Shown here one piece after another: positions 49,445 through 58,767 of a stretch of DNA of 64,000 nucleotides; position 1 is the stretch's first letter, and every line of letters starts with the position of its first letter. The stretch is taken from contig CAMAVZ010000005.1 in assembly GCA_945861645.1 (NCBI GenBank), forward strand, positions 15,200-79,199, written 5' to 3'. The notes below the pieces were generated by a model. The model was not told the DNA's origin and made no database searches. It saw only the letters and a program-made list of their open reading frames with translations. This stretch comes from Opitutus sp. GAS368 (GTDB lineage: Bacteria > Verrucomicrobiota > Verrucomicrobiia > Opitutales > Opitutaceae). Made by a program: the position numbers and the translations under genes.

Positions 49445-50507
49445 GGGCAATTACCTCTAGGGCAGCGTTGTTTTCCTCTGGCTTACCAATCGTCATGCGT
49501 ACGCAGTTGGTTAGGCCGTAGTCGCGACTGCGATCGCGCAGGACGACGCCGACGGCGCGGGTTGCCGCCATCACCCGCGCAGAATCGGTTACTTCAAATA
49601 AAATAAAATTACTATCACTTGGCCGGAGGCGCCGCACGCAGGGCAGCGTCGCCAAACGGGCCGCCACCCGGATACGTTCGTCGATCAGGCTCTGCACGGA
49701 GCGTCGCGCCGCGGTTAGACCCTCAGCGGTCATGGCCGCCAAAGCCGCTTGAAGCACGGGGGTAGGGACTGGGTAGGGGGCGATAATTTTTTGCAGCACG
49801 CCAATCAGCGCCGGACTGGTGATAGTTACCCCACAGCGAATACCGGCGAGCCCAAAGGCTTTGGAGAGGGTACGTAAAACAACGAGATTAGGATTTCCGA
49901 CGAGCTCCGGCGTTAAACTCGGGGAACCAGCAAATTCTAGATAGGCTTCGTCCACGACCACGATGGCTTTTCCTAGCAGCGCTTGAACGAGCCGAACCAT
50001 CTCGTCTCGGGCCAGCAATGCCCCGGTTGGGTTGTTGGGCGAACAAAGAAAGATGAGTTTAACCCTAGGGGTCAGGGCTGCGAGGACCGCCGTTGTATCT
50101 AAGGAGAAATTTTTTTCCGCAAGAAGCGGCACCGTTATTACGCGTGCATTTTGAATCGCAGCAGAAACAGCATACATGCCATAGGTGGGTGGCGTGATGA
50201 GGATAGCGTCTTGGCCCGCGCGGCAGAAGGCGCGAAGGAGGAGATCAATGCCTTCATCCGAGCCGCGGGTGACGAGGATGTTATTTTCCGCGACGGCGTA
50301 ATAGGCGGCGAGCAGGGCGATCAATTCAGCGGGTTGCGGCTCAGGGTAGCGGTTGAGGAGCGGTTTCCCGGCGGAGGGGGTTAGCGGATTTTCATTAGCG
50401 TCTAACCAAATGCGGCCGCCGAAAGACTCCTTGCGGGCCGAGCTGTAGGGCGCGAGGGCGAGAATTTCTGGCCGGAGCAGGGAGAGGACGGGATCAGCGG
50501 CGCTCAT
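49437..50507 (-). CDS. hisC: Histidinol-phosphate aminotransferase
   Basis: LDANENP, NRYP, GSDEGI, SPNNPTG, DEAY, RTLSKAFGLAGIRCG. Confidence 0.96.
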   Translation of the reverse strand: MSAADPVLSLLRPEILALAPYSSARKESFGGRIWLDANENPLTPSAGKPLLNRYPEPQPAELIALLAAYYAVAENNILVTRGSDEGIDLLLRAFCRAGQDAILITPPTYGMYAVSAAIQNARVITVPLLAEKNFSLDTTAVLAALTPRVKLIFLCSPNNPTGALLARDEMVRLVQALLGKAIVVVDEAYLEFAGSPSLTPELVGNPNLVVLRTLSKAFGLAGIRCGVTITSPALIGVLQKIIAPYPVPTPVLQAALAAMTAEGLTAARRSVQSLIDERIRVAARLATLPCVRRLRPSDSNFILFEVTDSARVMAATRAVGVVLRDRSRDYGLTNCVRMTIGKPEENNAALEVIARV

Positions 50508-51805
50508 AAAAATTTATTGGTTAGGCGCACGCGCACCGCGCGTTGGTGGGCGGTCAGGCCTTCGGCCAGAGCGAGACGCTCAACGATCGGACCAAGTTTT
50601 TCCAAGCCGGCCCGATTGGCGGTTTGGACCGTCAGGGTGCGCTGAAAATCAGCCAATCCCAGTCCGCTGTACGCGCGGGCCCAGCCATAAGTAGGTAAGA
50701 CATGATTCGTGCCACTCGCATAGTCGCCGAGCGATTCAGGGGTTAAGTCGCCCAAAAATACTGAGCCGGCGGTCGTGATGTGAGTGAGGAGATCACGCGG
50801 GCGGGCCACTTGCAGAATAAGATGCTCGGGCGCGTAGTGGTTCGCAATGGCCACGGCTTCGGCTCCGTTGGTCGTTAGAAAAATCCGGCTGCGCGCTAAT
50901 GCGCGGCGGGCAAGCTTAGCGCGCGGCAAATCAGCTAATTGTTTTTCTAGTTGGATGAGGACGCGTTGAGCGAAGGCGGCCGAAAAAGCGACGAGTACCA
51001 CTTGGGAGTCTGGGCCATGTTCAGCCTGAGAGAGAAGGTCAGCCGCGACAAAGGCTGGGTTGGCGCGATTATCGGCGATCACTAATACCTCAGAGGGGCC
51101 GGCAGGGAGGTCGATAGTTGAACCATCAGCATCGCGGGAGACTTGCTGTTTCGCTTCCGTGACGAACGCGTTGCCGGGACCAAAAATTTTATCGCACTTA
51201 GGAATACTGTTCGTGCCGTAAGCGAGCGCCGCGATCGCTTGGGCGCCCCCCACTTTATAAACTTCGGTAATGCCGCAGAGTTGAGCGGCATAGAGGATCC
51301 ATGGATTTATCCCGCCAGATTTATTGGGTGGGGTGCAGAGGGTGCGGACGGCGCAGCCAGCAAGCTGGGAAGGAACCCCGAGCATTAGGGCGGTGGATGG
51401 CAAGGGAGCGCTCCCGCCGGGGACGTAGAGTCCGACGCGGTTGATCGGGCGCACCATTTTTTCGCACACAATGCCAGGCTGGGTCTCAATCCGCAGATCA
51501 CGATTTTTTTGGGCGGCGTGAAAGGTGCGAATATTACGATACGCGGTGCGCAGCGCGGCTTTATCTGCTCGGGTTAAGGCGGCTTCGGCCGCGATAAATT
51601 CAGATGCGGTAACGCGCAAAGAGCGCAGAGTAAATCCATCAAACTGCTTGGTGAGGCGGCGCAGCGCGCCATCGCCAGCGCGGCGCACGGCGGCGACGAT
51701 TACCCGCACGGCGGCGGCAACCGCTGGTTGCGCCGCTTGCGCGGGCCGGCGGAGGGCGGCGGCGCGTTGGGGCGCAGAAAGATTTTTCCAAAGGAGAGGT
51801 TGCAT
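50504..51805 (-). CDS. hisD: Histidinol dehydrogenase
   Basis: YVPGG, GGAQAIAA, GPGN, PAGPSE, SQAEH, APEHL, GDYASGTNHVLPT. Confidence 0.97.
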   Translation of the reverse strand: MQPLLWKNLSAPQRAAALRRPAQAAQPAVAAAVRVIVAAVRRAGDGALRRLTKQFDGFTLRSLRVTASEFIAAEAALTRADKAALRTAYRNIRTFHAAQKNRDLRIETQPGIVCEKMVRPINRVGLYVPGGSAPLPSTALMLGVPSQLAGCAVRTLCTPPNKSGGINPWILYAAQLCGITEVYKVGGAQAIAALAYGTNSIPKCDKIFGPGNAFVTEAKQQVSRDADGSTIDLPAGPSEVLVIADNRANPAFVAADLLSQAEHGPDSQVVLVAFSAAFAQRVLIQLEKQLADLPRAKLARRALARSRIFLTTNGAEAVAIANHYAPEHLILQVARPRDLLTHITTAGSVFLGDLTPESLGDYASGTNHVLPTYGWARAYSGLGLADFQRTLTVQTANRAGLEKLGPIVERLALAEGLTAHQRAVRVRLTNKFL

Positions 51806-51844
51806 GGCCAGGGGCGGGCGCGGTTAGGCCGCGCTTGTCAATAA

Positions 51845-52753
51845 TCAGAGCATCATTTTTTCGATCGGTAACACGAGAATGCTGCTGGCGCCGGCTTTTT
51901 TTAATGACTCCATGGTTTCCCAGAAAACAGCTTCGGAACACACGGCATGAAGTGCGACTTTAGTGTCATCGCCAGCAAGGGGCAGGACGGTCGGATTTTC
52001 TGAGCCCGGCAGGAGCTTTTTAATTTCTGCCAGCGCGGTTTTAGGGGCGTGCAGCATAATGTATTTTGCGCCAGCGGCCTTTTGAACACCATCAATCCGG
52101 CGGAGGAAAATGTCTAGGGTGTGCGTTTTTTCGGCCGAAAGCGGCTGAGTACTCCGGAGCAAGACGGCGGTACTTTTGAAAATGGTCTCAACCGCGCGGA
52201 GCTTATTGGCTTCGAGCGTTGAGCCGCTGGCCACGAGATCGCAGATAACATCAGCTAAACCAAGGCGCGGGGCAATTTCCACGGAGCCGCTTAAGTATAC
52301 GACTTTGGCGGAGATTTTTTGTTCAGCGAGGAACCGCTTGGTTAGCTGCGGATAAGAAGTAGCAATGCGTAACCCTTGGAGGTCTTTGGCGCTGGCGTAG
52401 GGTTTTTCTTCCGGTAGAGCGAGGGCGAGGCGGCAGCCACCAAAATCCAGGGGGCGCTCGACCAAGTAGCCACTCGCGGAGCCTTGAGTGCGGCGTTCGA
52501 GGGCGGCTTCTTCGAGCACGTTGGTACCGACGATACCAAGATCGCAGACGCCATCCATGACAAGCTGCGGGATGTCGTCATCGCGGACAAAAAGCAGGTC
52601 GATTGGAAAGTTGTCTGAGTGCAGCAACAGGCGCTCTTTCGGTGACTTAACGCGGATGCCGCAGCTAGCGAGCAGTTCGAGCGAGTCAGTGGAGAGCCGG
52701 CCGCTTTTTTGGACGGCGAGGCGGAGGCGGTTGGGAGTGGAGGCGACAGGCAT
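51845..52753 (-). CDS. hisG: ATP phosphoribosyltransferase, long form
   Basis: AVQKSGRL, VRDDDIP, IATSYP, GSVEIAP, DLVASGSTL, C-terminal regulatory domain; start ATG 52753. Confidence 0.96.
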   Translation of the reverse strand: MPVASTPNRLRLAVQKSGRLSTDSLELLASCGIRVKSPKERLLLHSDNFPIDLLFVRDDDIPQLVMDGVCDLGIVGTNVLEEAALERRTQGSASGYLVERPLDFGGCRLALALPEEKPYASAKDLQGLRIATSYPQLTKRFLAEQKISAKVVYLSGSVEIAPRLGLADVICDLVASGSTLEANKLRAVETIFKSTAVLLRSTQPLSAEKTHTLDIFLRRIDGVQKAAGAKYIMLHAPKTALAEIKKLLPGSENPTVLPLAGDDTKVALHAVCSEAVFWETMESLKKAGASSILVLPIEKMML

Positions 52754-52831
52754 GGGAGAAAAATTAAGCAGGAATTTTTTGGAAGAGAAAGGTTTAAGCA
52801 AGCCGGCCTCGTTGGACCGGGAGGGTTGCCC

Positions 52832-52869
52832 AAAAGGAAACCCCGGCTGGATTAACCTGCCGGGGTTTT
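52832..52869 (-). terminator. his operon attenuator terminator
   Basis: Minus strand AAACCCCGGC-(11 nt)-GCCGGGGTTT-CCTTTT between leader ORF and hisG. Confidence 0.8.
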
Positions 52870-52927
52870 GGGAAAGAGATCCATCAGCCACGGGCAAGGC
52901 GCTTCCGGCCTTCCCGCTTTGGGAAGG

Positions 52928-52963
52928 CTAGCACACGTGATGGTGATGATGGGAGGAAACCAT
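52928..52963 (-). CDS. hisL: his operon leader peptide MVSSHHHHHVC
   Basis: ATG GTT TCC TCC CAT CAT CAC CAT CAC GTG TGC TAG: five consecutive His codons upstream of hisG, followed by alternative hairpins. Confidence 0.9.
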   Translation of the reverse strand: MVSSHHHHHVC

Positions 52964-53279
52964 GGGCTGAGGGTCGATGTGATGGGGGGGCAGGCGGGGG
53001 CGTGCAAGATTTTTATCGTGTAGTTAGTAGCTAGCTGCGCAACTTGATGAATTATAAGCACCCCCGTATTTATTCAATGGGTGGCGGGCGGGGGAAAAAG
53101 TTTTCCGGTAAGGCACCACGGTCGCGGCAGCACAGTGTTCGATGCGTCGGTAAATTAATGTTTTTGCGCTAAGCTGCGCACCGCAGCGTGAGTTGTAATT
53201 TGAGGGCTGACGCGGTCTCGTCTTTTTGCTATTTATCAGCGGACGCTGCCGACAAAAACATACCCTACCCCACTTTTTC

Positions 53280-55283
53280 TTGAATACCATTTTTGGTTTT
53301 TTCAGCACGGCCTTGGCGCGACAGCTTAACCGTCGGCATGGCGGCATAGTTATTTTCTTTGCTATTTTCTTGGTTTTATCAGGGTTAACGCGGCTAGCGC
53401 TTTTAATTAAAGCGGCGCATGACGTTACTTGGACGCTCAGTCTCGGGGCGGTTATTTTCTGGGGATTAATTTATGATCTTGGCGCGGCCGCTTTTGCTTC
53501 CTTGCCGTTGACAGTGTTGCTGACGCTGTTGCCCAGTAGTTGGTTGACGCGGCGTTGGCTCCAAGTGGGAGTGCAATTATTGGGGTTGGGGTATATTTAT
53601 TTGCTCCTGTTCGGCTTGGTTTCGGAATGGACTTTTTGGGACGAGTTCGGCGTGAGGTTTAACTTCATTGCGGTGGATTATCTCGTCTACACCACGGAGG
53701 TGGTGGGAAATATTCGGGAGTCGTATAATTTACCTTTAATTATTGGAGGAGTTTTAGCCGGTACCCTGGGAGTGGGCGGCTTGCTTAATCGCACGGGTCT
53801 TTACGCGCAGTGGTTCGCGGCTCCGATCGAGTCTGCGCGGGTTCGGGTTAAAGCGGGCGCGCTCTGGTTTGGGGCGGCGCTTATTTTTGGTTCGATCTTG
53901 AGTGACGATTGGTTGCCGACCTTTCGGAATAATTTTAATCGGGAATTGGCGAAAAACGGACTTTGGTCGCTCTGTGCTGCTTTCAAAAATAACGAACTCG
54001 AGTACGACAAATTTTATTCTACCCTGCCGGCGGCCGAGGCTTTTCAACTGATTCGTCAGCAATTAGCGAAAGACCGCTCGGTCACACTCGGGGCAGATCC
54101 TCAGGATACTTTGCGGGTAGTGCGGCATACGGGAGAGGAGTTACGGCCGAATGTGATCCAAATCACCGTGGAAAGTTTGAGTGCCGATTTTCTGAGTATT
54201 TTTAACCGGGCTTCACAGTTGACGCCTAATCTAGAGGAAATTGCCGAGCAAAGCCTCGTCTTCGATAATTTTTATGCCACGGGAACGCGGACGGATCGCG
54301 GCATGGAGGCCTTAACCTTGGCCGTGCCGCCGACGCCAGGGCGATCGATTGTTAAGCGGCCGCACAATGAAAACATGTTCACGCTCGGCTCAGTCTTTCG
54401 GGCGAAGGGTTATGCGACCGCATTTATTTATGGCGGCTTTGGTTATTTCGACAACATGAACTATTTTTTCGGGCACAATGGTTATCGGGTGATCGATCGC
54501 ACTGGGGTGCCGAAGGAAGACATCACTTTCGCCAACGTATGGGGAGTGTGTGATGAAGATCTCTTTCGTTGGACGATGCGCGAGGCGGATGCGGGCCATG
54601 CCACGGGACAACCTTTTCACTATTTTGTCATGACGACCTCCAATCATCGTCCCTATACTTTCCCGGAGGGCCGGATTGATTTACCCTCAAAAACTTCTGG
54701 TCGCGCAGGGGCCGTGAAGTACACCGATTTTTCAATTGGGCAGTTTCTCCGTGAGGCGCGGCAAAAGCCTTGGTTTAAAAACACGGTATTTGTGATCGTG
54801 GCAGACCACTGTGCTTCCAGTGCGGGCAAAACCGAGTTACCGGTACAAAATTATCATATTCCATTAATTATTTATGCCCCCGGTGGGCAGATTGCGCCAG
54901 GTCACGTCCGGACCCTGATGAGCCAAGTCGATTATGCGCCAACCCTTCTCGGCCTATTGAATTGGAGTTATCCCAGTCGATTCTTTGGGCGAGATATTCG
55001 GCAAACCGATCCCGCGGAAGGCCGAGTTTTAGTTGGTACCTATCAGAAACTGGGCTTGTTGAAGGCGGACAATTTCTTGGTGCTGACTCCGGTACGGCGG
55101 CAGGCGCAGTACCGTTATGATCGGGTAAACTATGCTCTGACGGAGCAGCCGCTCAACGCGGCTTTGCTCGGGGAGGCGGTGAGTTATTATCAAACCGCGA
55201 GTGAGCTATATCAAAGCCAGCGCTATGGCGAGTTGAGCGCAGCCGACTTTGTTCGTTTGCTGGCCGCGCCAGTTCAGCCATGA
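53280..55283 (+). CDS. LTA synthase / MdoB-like sulfatase-family membrane phosphoglycerol transferase
   Basis: N-terminal TM domain, ITVESLS, catalytic T in GTRTDRG, TTSNHRPY, VADH, HIPL, SQVDYAPT; start uncertain. Confidence 0.9.
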   Translation: MNTIFGFFSTALARQLNRRHGGIVIFFAIFLVLSGLTRLALLIKAAHDVTWTLSLGAVIFWGLIYDLGAAAFASLPLTVLLTLLPSSWLTRRWLQVGVQLLGLGYIYLLLFGLVSEWTFWDEFGVRFNFIAVDYLVYTTEVVGNIRESYNLPLIIGGVLAGTLGVGGLLNRTGLYAQWFAAPIESARVRVKAGALWFGAALIFGSILSDDWLPTFRNNFNRELAKNGLWSLCAAFKNNELEYDKFYSTLPAAEAFQLIRQQLAKDRSVTLGADPQDTLRVVRHTGEELRPNVIQITVESLSADFLSIFNRASQLTPNLEEIAEQSLVFDNFYATGTRTDRGMEALTLAVPPTPGRSIVKRPHNENMFTLGSVFRAKGYATAFIYGGFGYFDNMNYFFGHNGYRVIDRTGVPKEDITFANVWGVCDEDLFRWTMREADAGHATGQPFHYFVMTTSNHRPYTFPEGRIDLPSKTSGRAGAVKYTDFSIGQFLREARQKPWFKNTVFVIVADHCASSAGKTELPVQNYHIPLIIYAPGGQIAPGHVRTLMSQVDYAPTLLGLLNWSYPSRFFGRDIRQTDPAEGRVLVGTYQKLGLLKADNFLVLTPVRRQAQYRYDRVNYALTEQPLNAALLGEAVSYYQTASELYQSQRYGELSAADFVRLLAAPVQP

Positions 55284-55987
55284 GGCGTTGGCTCAACGAT
55301 CGGCAATTTTGGCTTACCCTACTGCTATTAGTGGGAGCGATTGGCTTGTTGGAATACACCGAATTTGACCTATGGGTGCAGGATTTTTTTTATAATTCGA
55401 CGAGCAAGACTTGGCTCGTTGACCAACGAGCCCCCCTGGGTCGGGCATTTTTCTACACTGGACCTAAAGCGCTCGTCTGGGTGATTGGGTTGAGCGTACT
55501 CACGCTTGCGTTGGGGCCGGCGCGGTGGCGGGGAAAATGGCAGCTCAATCGCCGCGGGCTTTGGCTCGCGGTGCTCGTGCTCGTAACCGTGCCGTTATTG
55601 GCGGGCATCGGGAAGAAATACACCAACACCTTTTGCCCCTCCGAGATTCGCCGGTATGGCGGCGATGTGGCCTACGTGAAACTCTGTGAACCCTTTCCGG
55701 TCGCAGATCGGCCGGCGCGGCGCGGGGGGTGTTTCCCGGCAGGGCACGCCAGCGGCGGGTTTGCTTTGATGGGCTTATTGCTGGTGCGGCCGACGCGACG
55801 CTGGCGGCTAAACGCCATCACCTTAGGGCTGTTTTTAGGTTGGGGAATGGGAGGGTATCAAATGCTGAAAGGCGCGCATTACCTGAGCCATACCGTTACA
55901 ACCATGTTGGTCACCTGGTTGGTGATAATCCTATGGCGCCATCGTTTGGGGCTACCGCCCGCTCAAGCCGCCGAGCCGCCGGCATAA
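55280..55987 (+). CDS. PAP2 family phosphatase
   Basis: K.....CP, CFPAGHAS, QMLKGAHYLSH; ATGA overlap with upstream gene. Confidence 0.88.
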   Translation: MRRWLNDRQFWLTLLLLVGAIGLLEYTEFDLWVQDFFYNSTSKTWLVDQRAPLGRAFFYTGPKALVWVIGLSVLTLALGPARWRGKWQLNRRGLWLAVLVLVTVPLLAGIGKKYTNTFCPSEIRRYGGDVAYVKLCEPFPVADRPARRGGCFPAGHASGGFALMGLLLVRPTRRWRLNAITLGLFLGWGMGGYQMLKGAHYLSHTVTTMLVTWLVIILWRHRLGLPPAQAAEPPA

Positions 55988-56025
55988 AACCTTGAACGAT
56001 TAGAGTAAGTTCGTGTCGTACAGGC

Positions 56026-56883
56026 ATGCGTACCACAGGAAAAATTTTACGGCCGGCCCTTTTGCTCTTGAGTGGTTTCATGACACTGCTGCCTCAGGCC
56101 GCGGCCGAGAGTATGAGCGAGAAAACGTTGAGAGAAATTGTCGCCCGGCAGCGCAATATTTTTTCCCGCGCCGAAAAAGAAGGGGAGCAACTCGACCAAG
56201 CGTGGCTGCGGGGCGAATTACAGAGCGTGATTAACAGTTATGATATCTTGATTCAAAAAAGTCCGGATTTTCCCCCCGCTTATGTGACCTACGGCATGTT
56301 GCTTGGCCAAGTGGGGATGACGCGGGAGGCGGTGGGTATTTTGCTCAAGGCCAACAAGCTCGATCCGAATATTCCGGTCGTAAAAAATCAAATGGCCAAG
56401 CACCTCGCGGAAGATGGTCGACCGGCGGAGGCGCTACCTTGGATTATGGCCGCCATCGATTTAGAGCCGAAAGAACCCCTTTATCATTATCATTTAGGAT
56501 CTTTGTTAATGGAAGGGCGAAATGACTTTATTCGCACGGGACAATTTACTCGGCTCGCTCTGGATCAGGCCATGTTGGGGGCCTTTCAGCACGCCGCGGA
56601 GTTGGCGCCGGATAACTTTGCTTATGTCTACCGGCAGGCCGAGGCCTATGCCGATTTAGAAAACCCGCAGTGGGCGCAGGCATTACAGGCGTGGAGCGCA
56701 CTGGAGAGTCGCGCACAACCCGGCATCGAGCAGGAAACTATTTTTCTCCAAGCGGCCAATGTTCTGCTTAAGCTTAAGCAAATTGATCGCGCTCGCGTAT
56801 TGCTGGCGCGAGTGAACGCCCCCGTTTTATTGAAACAGAAAAAAACTTTGCTCGACCAGTTGCCGAGCAAGGCTGAGAAGTAG
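56026..56883 (+). CDS. Secreted TPR-repeat protein
   Basis: Signal peptide; A..LDP / A..LEP / A.ELAP TPR periodicity. Confidence 0.8.
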   Translation: MRTTGKILRPALLLLSGFMTLLPQAAAESMSEKTLREIVARQRNIFSRAEKEGEQLDQAWLRGELQSVINSYDILIQKSPDFPPAYVTYGMLLGQVGMTREAVGILLKANKLDPNIPVVKNQMAKHLAEDGRPAEALPWIMAAIDLEPKEPLYHYHLGSLLMEGRNDFIRTGQFTRLALDQAMLGAFQHAAELAPDNFAYVYRQAEAYADLENPQWAQALQAWSALESRAQPGIEQETIFLQAANVLLKLKQIDRARVLLARVNAPVLLKQKKTLLDQLPSKAEK

Positions 56884-56889
56884 ACCCAC

Positions 56890-57717
56890 ATGTCGCTCCT
56901 CTCTCGGCTGGAACGTAACTTAGGTCGCTACGCCATTCCTGATCTTTCGCTCTACCTGATAATCGGGCAGGTGATGATTTTGGGCTTTGCGCTCTTGGGA
57001 CAATTTGATGTGGGGCGGATCATGTTACTGCCGGCGGCGGTGCGCGCGGGCGAATTATGGCGCTTGGGCACGTTTTTATTAGTCCCGCCCGTTACCACCT
57101 TAACGCTGACGAGTGCGCTCTTCCTCGCCTTTGGGTGGTACCTTTTTTACCTCATGGGCAGTGCGCTGGAGCAGCACTGGGGGGCCTTCCGTTTTAATGG
57201 ATTTATTTTACTGGGTTGGCTGCTGACGGTTGGCGCGGCTTTTGTCACGCCCGCCCTGTATGCGACTAACGCCTATATGGCGGCGACGGTGTTTTTGGCG
57301 TTCGCGTATTTGAATCCAGATTTTGTGATGTATATTTTCTTTTTTCTGCCGCTAAAAATTAAGTGGTTGGCGCTGATTCAGTGGTTGGGTTATGCCTTTA
57401 TTTTAATCGTCGGCACTTGGGCGGAACGTTTAATGATCCTCGCTTCGACCGGTAACTTTTTAGTTTTTTTTGCACGCGATCTCGTGCGTTCAGTTGGTTC
57501 CGGTCAGCGCCGGCAAGCCTGGCAGGCGCGAAATTTTGCGGCGGCTAATAATGAACGGGAGCCCCGGCATCGGTGCCATCTGTGCAACCGCACGGATCTC
57601 ACCCACCCGCAACTCGACTTCCGTTACTGTTCCAAGTGTGCGGGCGACCAGTGTTATTGTAGCGACCATATTTTCACCCACCGCCATGTCGTGGGCGATC
57701 CCTCGGTAAAAAAATAG
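56890..57717 (+). CDS. Rhomboid/derlin-like membrane protein with C-terminal Cys/His zinc finger
   Basis: GELWRL, GSALEQHWG, P.KIKWL; C-terminal CHLC...CSKC....YC..H. Confidence 0.72.
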   Translation: MSLLSRLERNLGRYAIPDLSLYLIIGQVMILGFALLGQFDVGRIMLLPAAVRAGELWRLGTFLLVPPVTTLTLTSALFLAFGWYLFYLMGSALEQHWGAFRFNGFILLGWLLTVGAAFVTPALYATNAYMAATVFLAFAYLNPDFVMYIFFFLPLKIKWLALIQWLGYAFILIVGTWAERLMILASTGNFLVFFARDLVRSVGSGQRRQAWQARNFAAANNEREPRHRCHLCNRTDLTHPQLDFRYCSKCAGDQCYCSDHIFTHRHVVGDPSVKK

Positions 57718-57720
57718 CTT

Positions 57721-58626
57721 ATGCCTTTAGCGCTTCCTTCGACTGGGGCTACCCTTGGGGCTTGGTTAGGGTATGCGGAGAAACTTTATGCCCAGCATAA
57801 TGTAGCGCTCGGCCAAGTTGCGGTCACCGCTCATGATGAAGCGCTTTATCTTTTGCTCCATGCGCTTGGTTGGCCGCTGGATAGTTCCGCCGCCGTTTTG
57901 CGGCGCAAAGTAACGATCACGCAAGCGCGCAAGCTGGCCGAGCTTTTGCGCCGCCGTTCAGAAGACCATGTACCGGCGGCTTACCTCACGCGTGAAGCTT
58001 GGCTCGGTGAGCACCGTTTTTACGTGGATGAGCGGGTAATTATTCCGCGGTCTTATTTTTTAGAAATTATTCCGGAACAACTCCCGCATTGGTTGCCGGC
58101 TAATCAGCCCGTGCAGCGGGTGGTCGATGTTTGCACGGGTTCGGGTTGTTTGGCGGTCTTGCTGGCCCATCAATTTCCTGAGGCGAAGGTCGATGCGATT
58201 GAATTATCCCCCGAGGCGCTCGCGGTCGCTCGGTTGAATATTGCAACCCATCGCCTCGGTGCACGGATTAAATTGTATCAGTCTGATGTCTTTGATGCGG
58301 TGCCTCAGAGAAAATATGATATTATTTTGAGTAACCCGCCGTATGTGCCAACGAAGGAATTGCGCGCTCTTCCCGCTGAATTTAAAAATGAGCCTGCGAT
58401 GGCCCTCGATGGCGGTAAGGATGGCCTAGCGATTATTCGAAAATTACTTCGGCAGTCCCGTGAGCGCTTGCAGGCCCACGGAGTGGTGGTGTTAGAGGTC
58501 GGTGGTCTGCGCGCAGCGATGGATCGGGCTTTCCCAGCACTCGATTTGCGCTGGCTGCATACCGAGGACGGCGAAGATTGCGTCTGTGCGATTCACGCCG
58601 CCCGATTGCGGGCGGCTGCTTTGTAA
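57721..58626 (+). CDS. prmB: 50S ribosomal protein L3 N5-glutamine methyltransferase
   Basis: AHDEA, PAAYLTREAW, FYVDERVIIPRS, DVCTGSGC, SNPPY, EVG. Confidence 0.9.
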   Translation: MPLALPSTGATLGAWLGYAEKLYAQHNVALGQVAVTAHDEALYLLLHALGWPLDSSAAVLRRKVTITQARKLAELLRRRSEDHVPAAYLTREAWLGEHRFYVDERVIIPRSYFLEIIPEQLPHWLPANQPVQRVVDVCTGSGCLAVLLAHQFPEAKVDAIELSPEALAVARLNIATHRLGARIKLYQSDVFDAVPQRKYDIILSNPPYVPTKELRALPAEFKNEPAMALDGGKDGLAIIRKLLRQSRERLQAHGVVVLEVGGLRAAMDRAFPALDLRWLHTEDGEDCVCAIHAARLRAAAL

Positions 58627-58658
58627 CCTAATACACCTTTAACCGGCGGTAGTGGCCG

Positions 58659-58687
58659 CGCTTTGTAATGCAATATATTACAAAGCG
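58659..58687. repeat. AT-core palindrome copy 1 (TTTGTAAT-n7-ATTACAAA)
   Basis: CGCTTTGTAAT-GCAATAT-ATTACAAAGCG; near-identical copy at 59486. Confidence 0.8.
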
Positions 58688-58767
58688 GCGCGTGGTTAGG
58701 CGGCGGCGGCTAACTTTATCGAAAAAGTTAAAGCATTGCGCACCTAGCTGAACTCCTGGCTCAGCTC

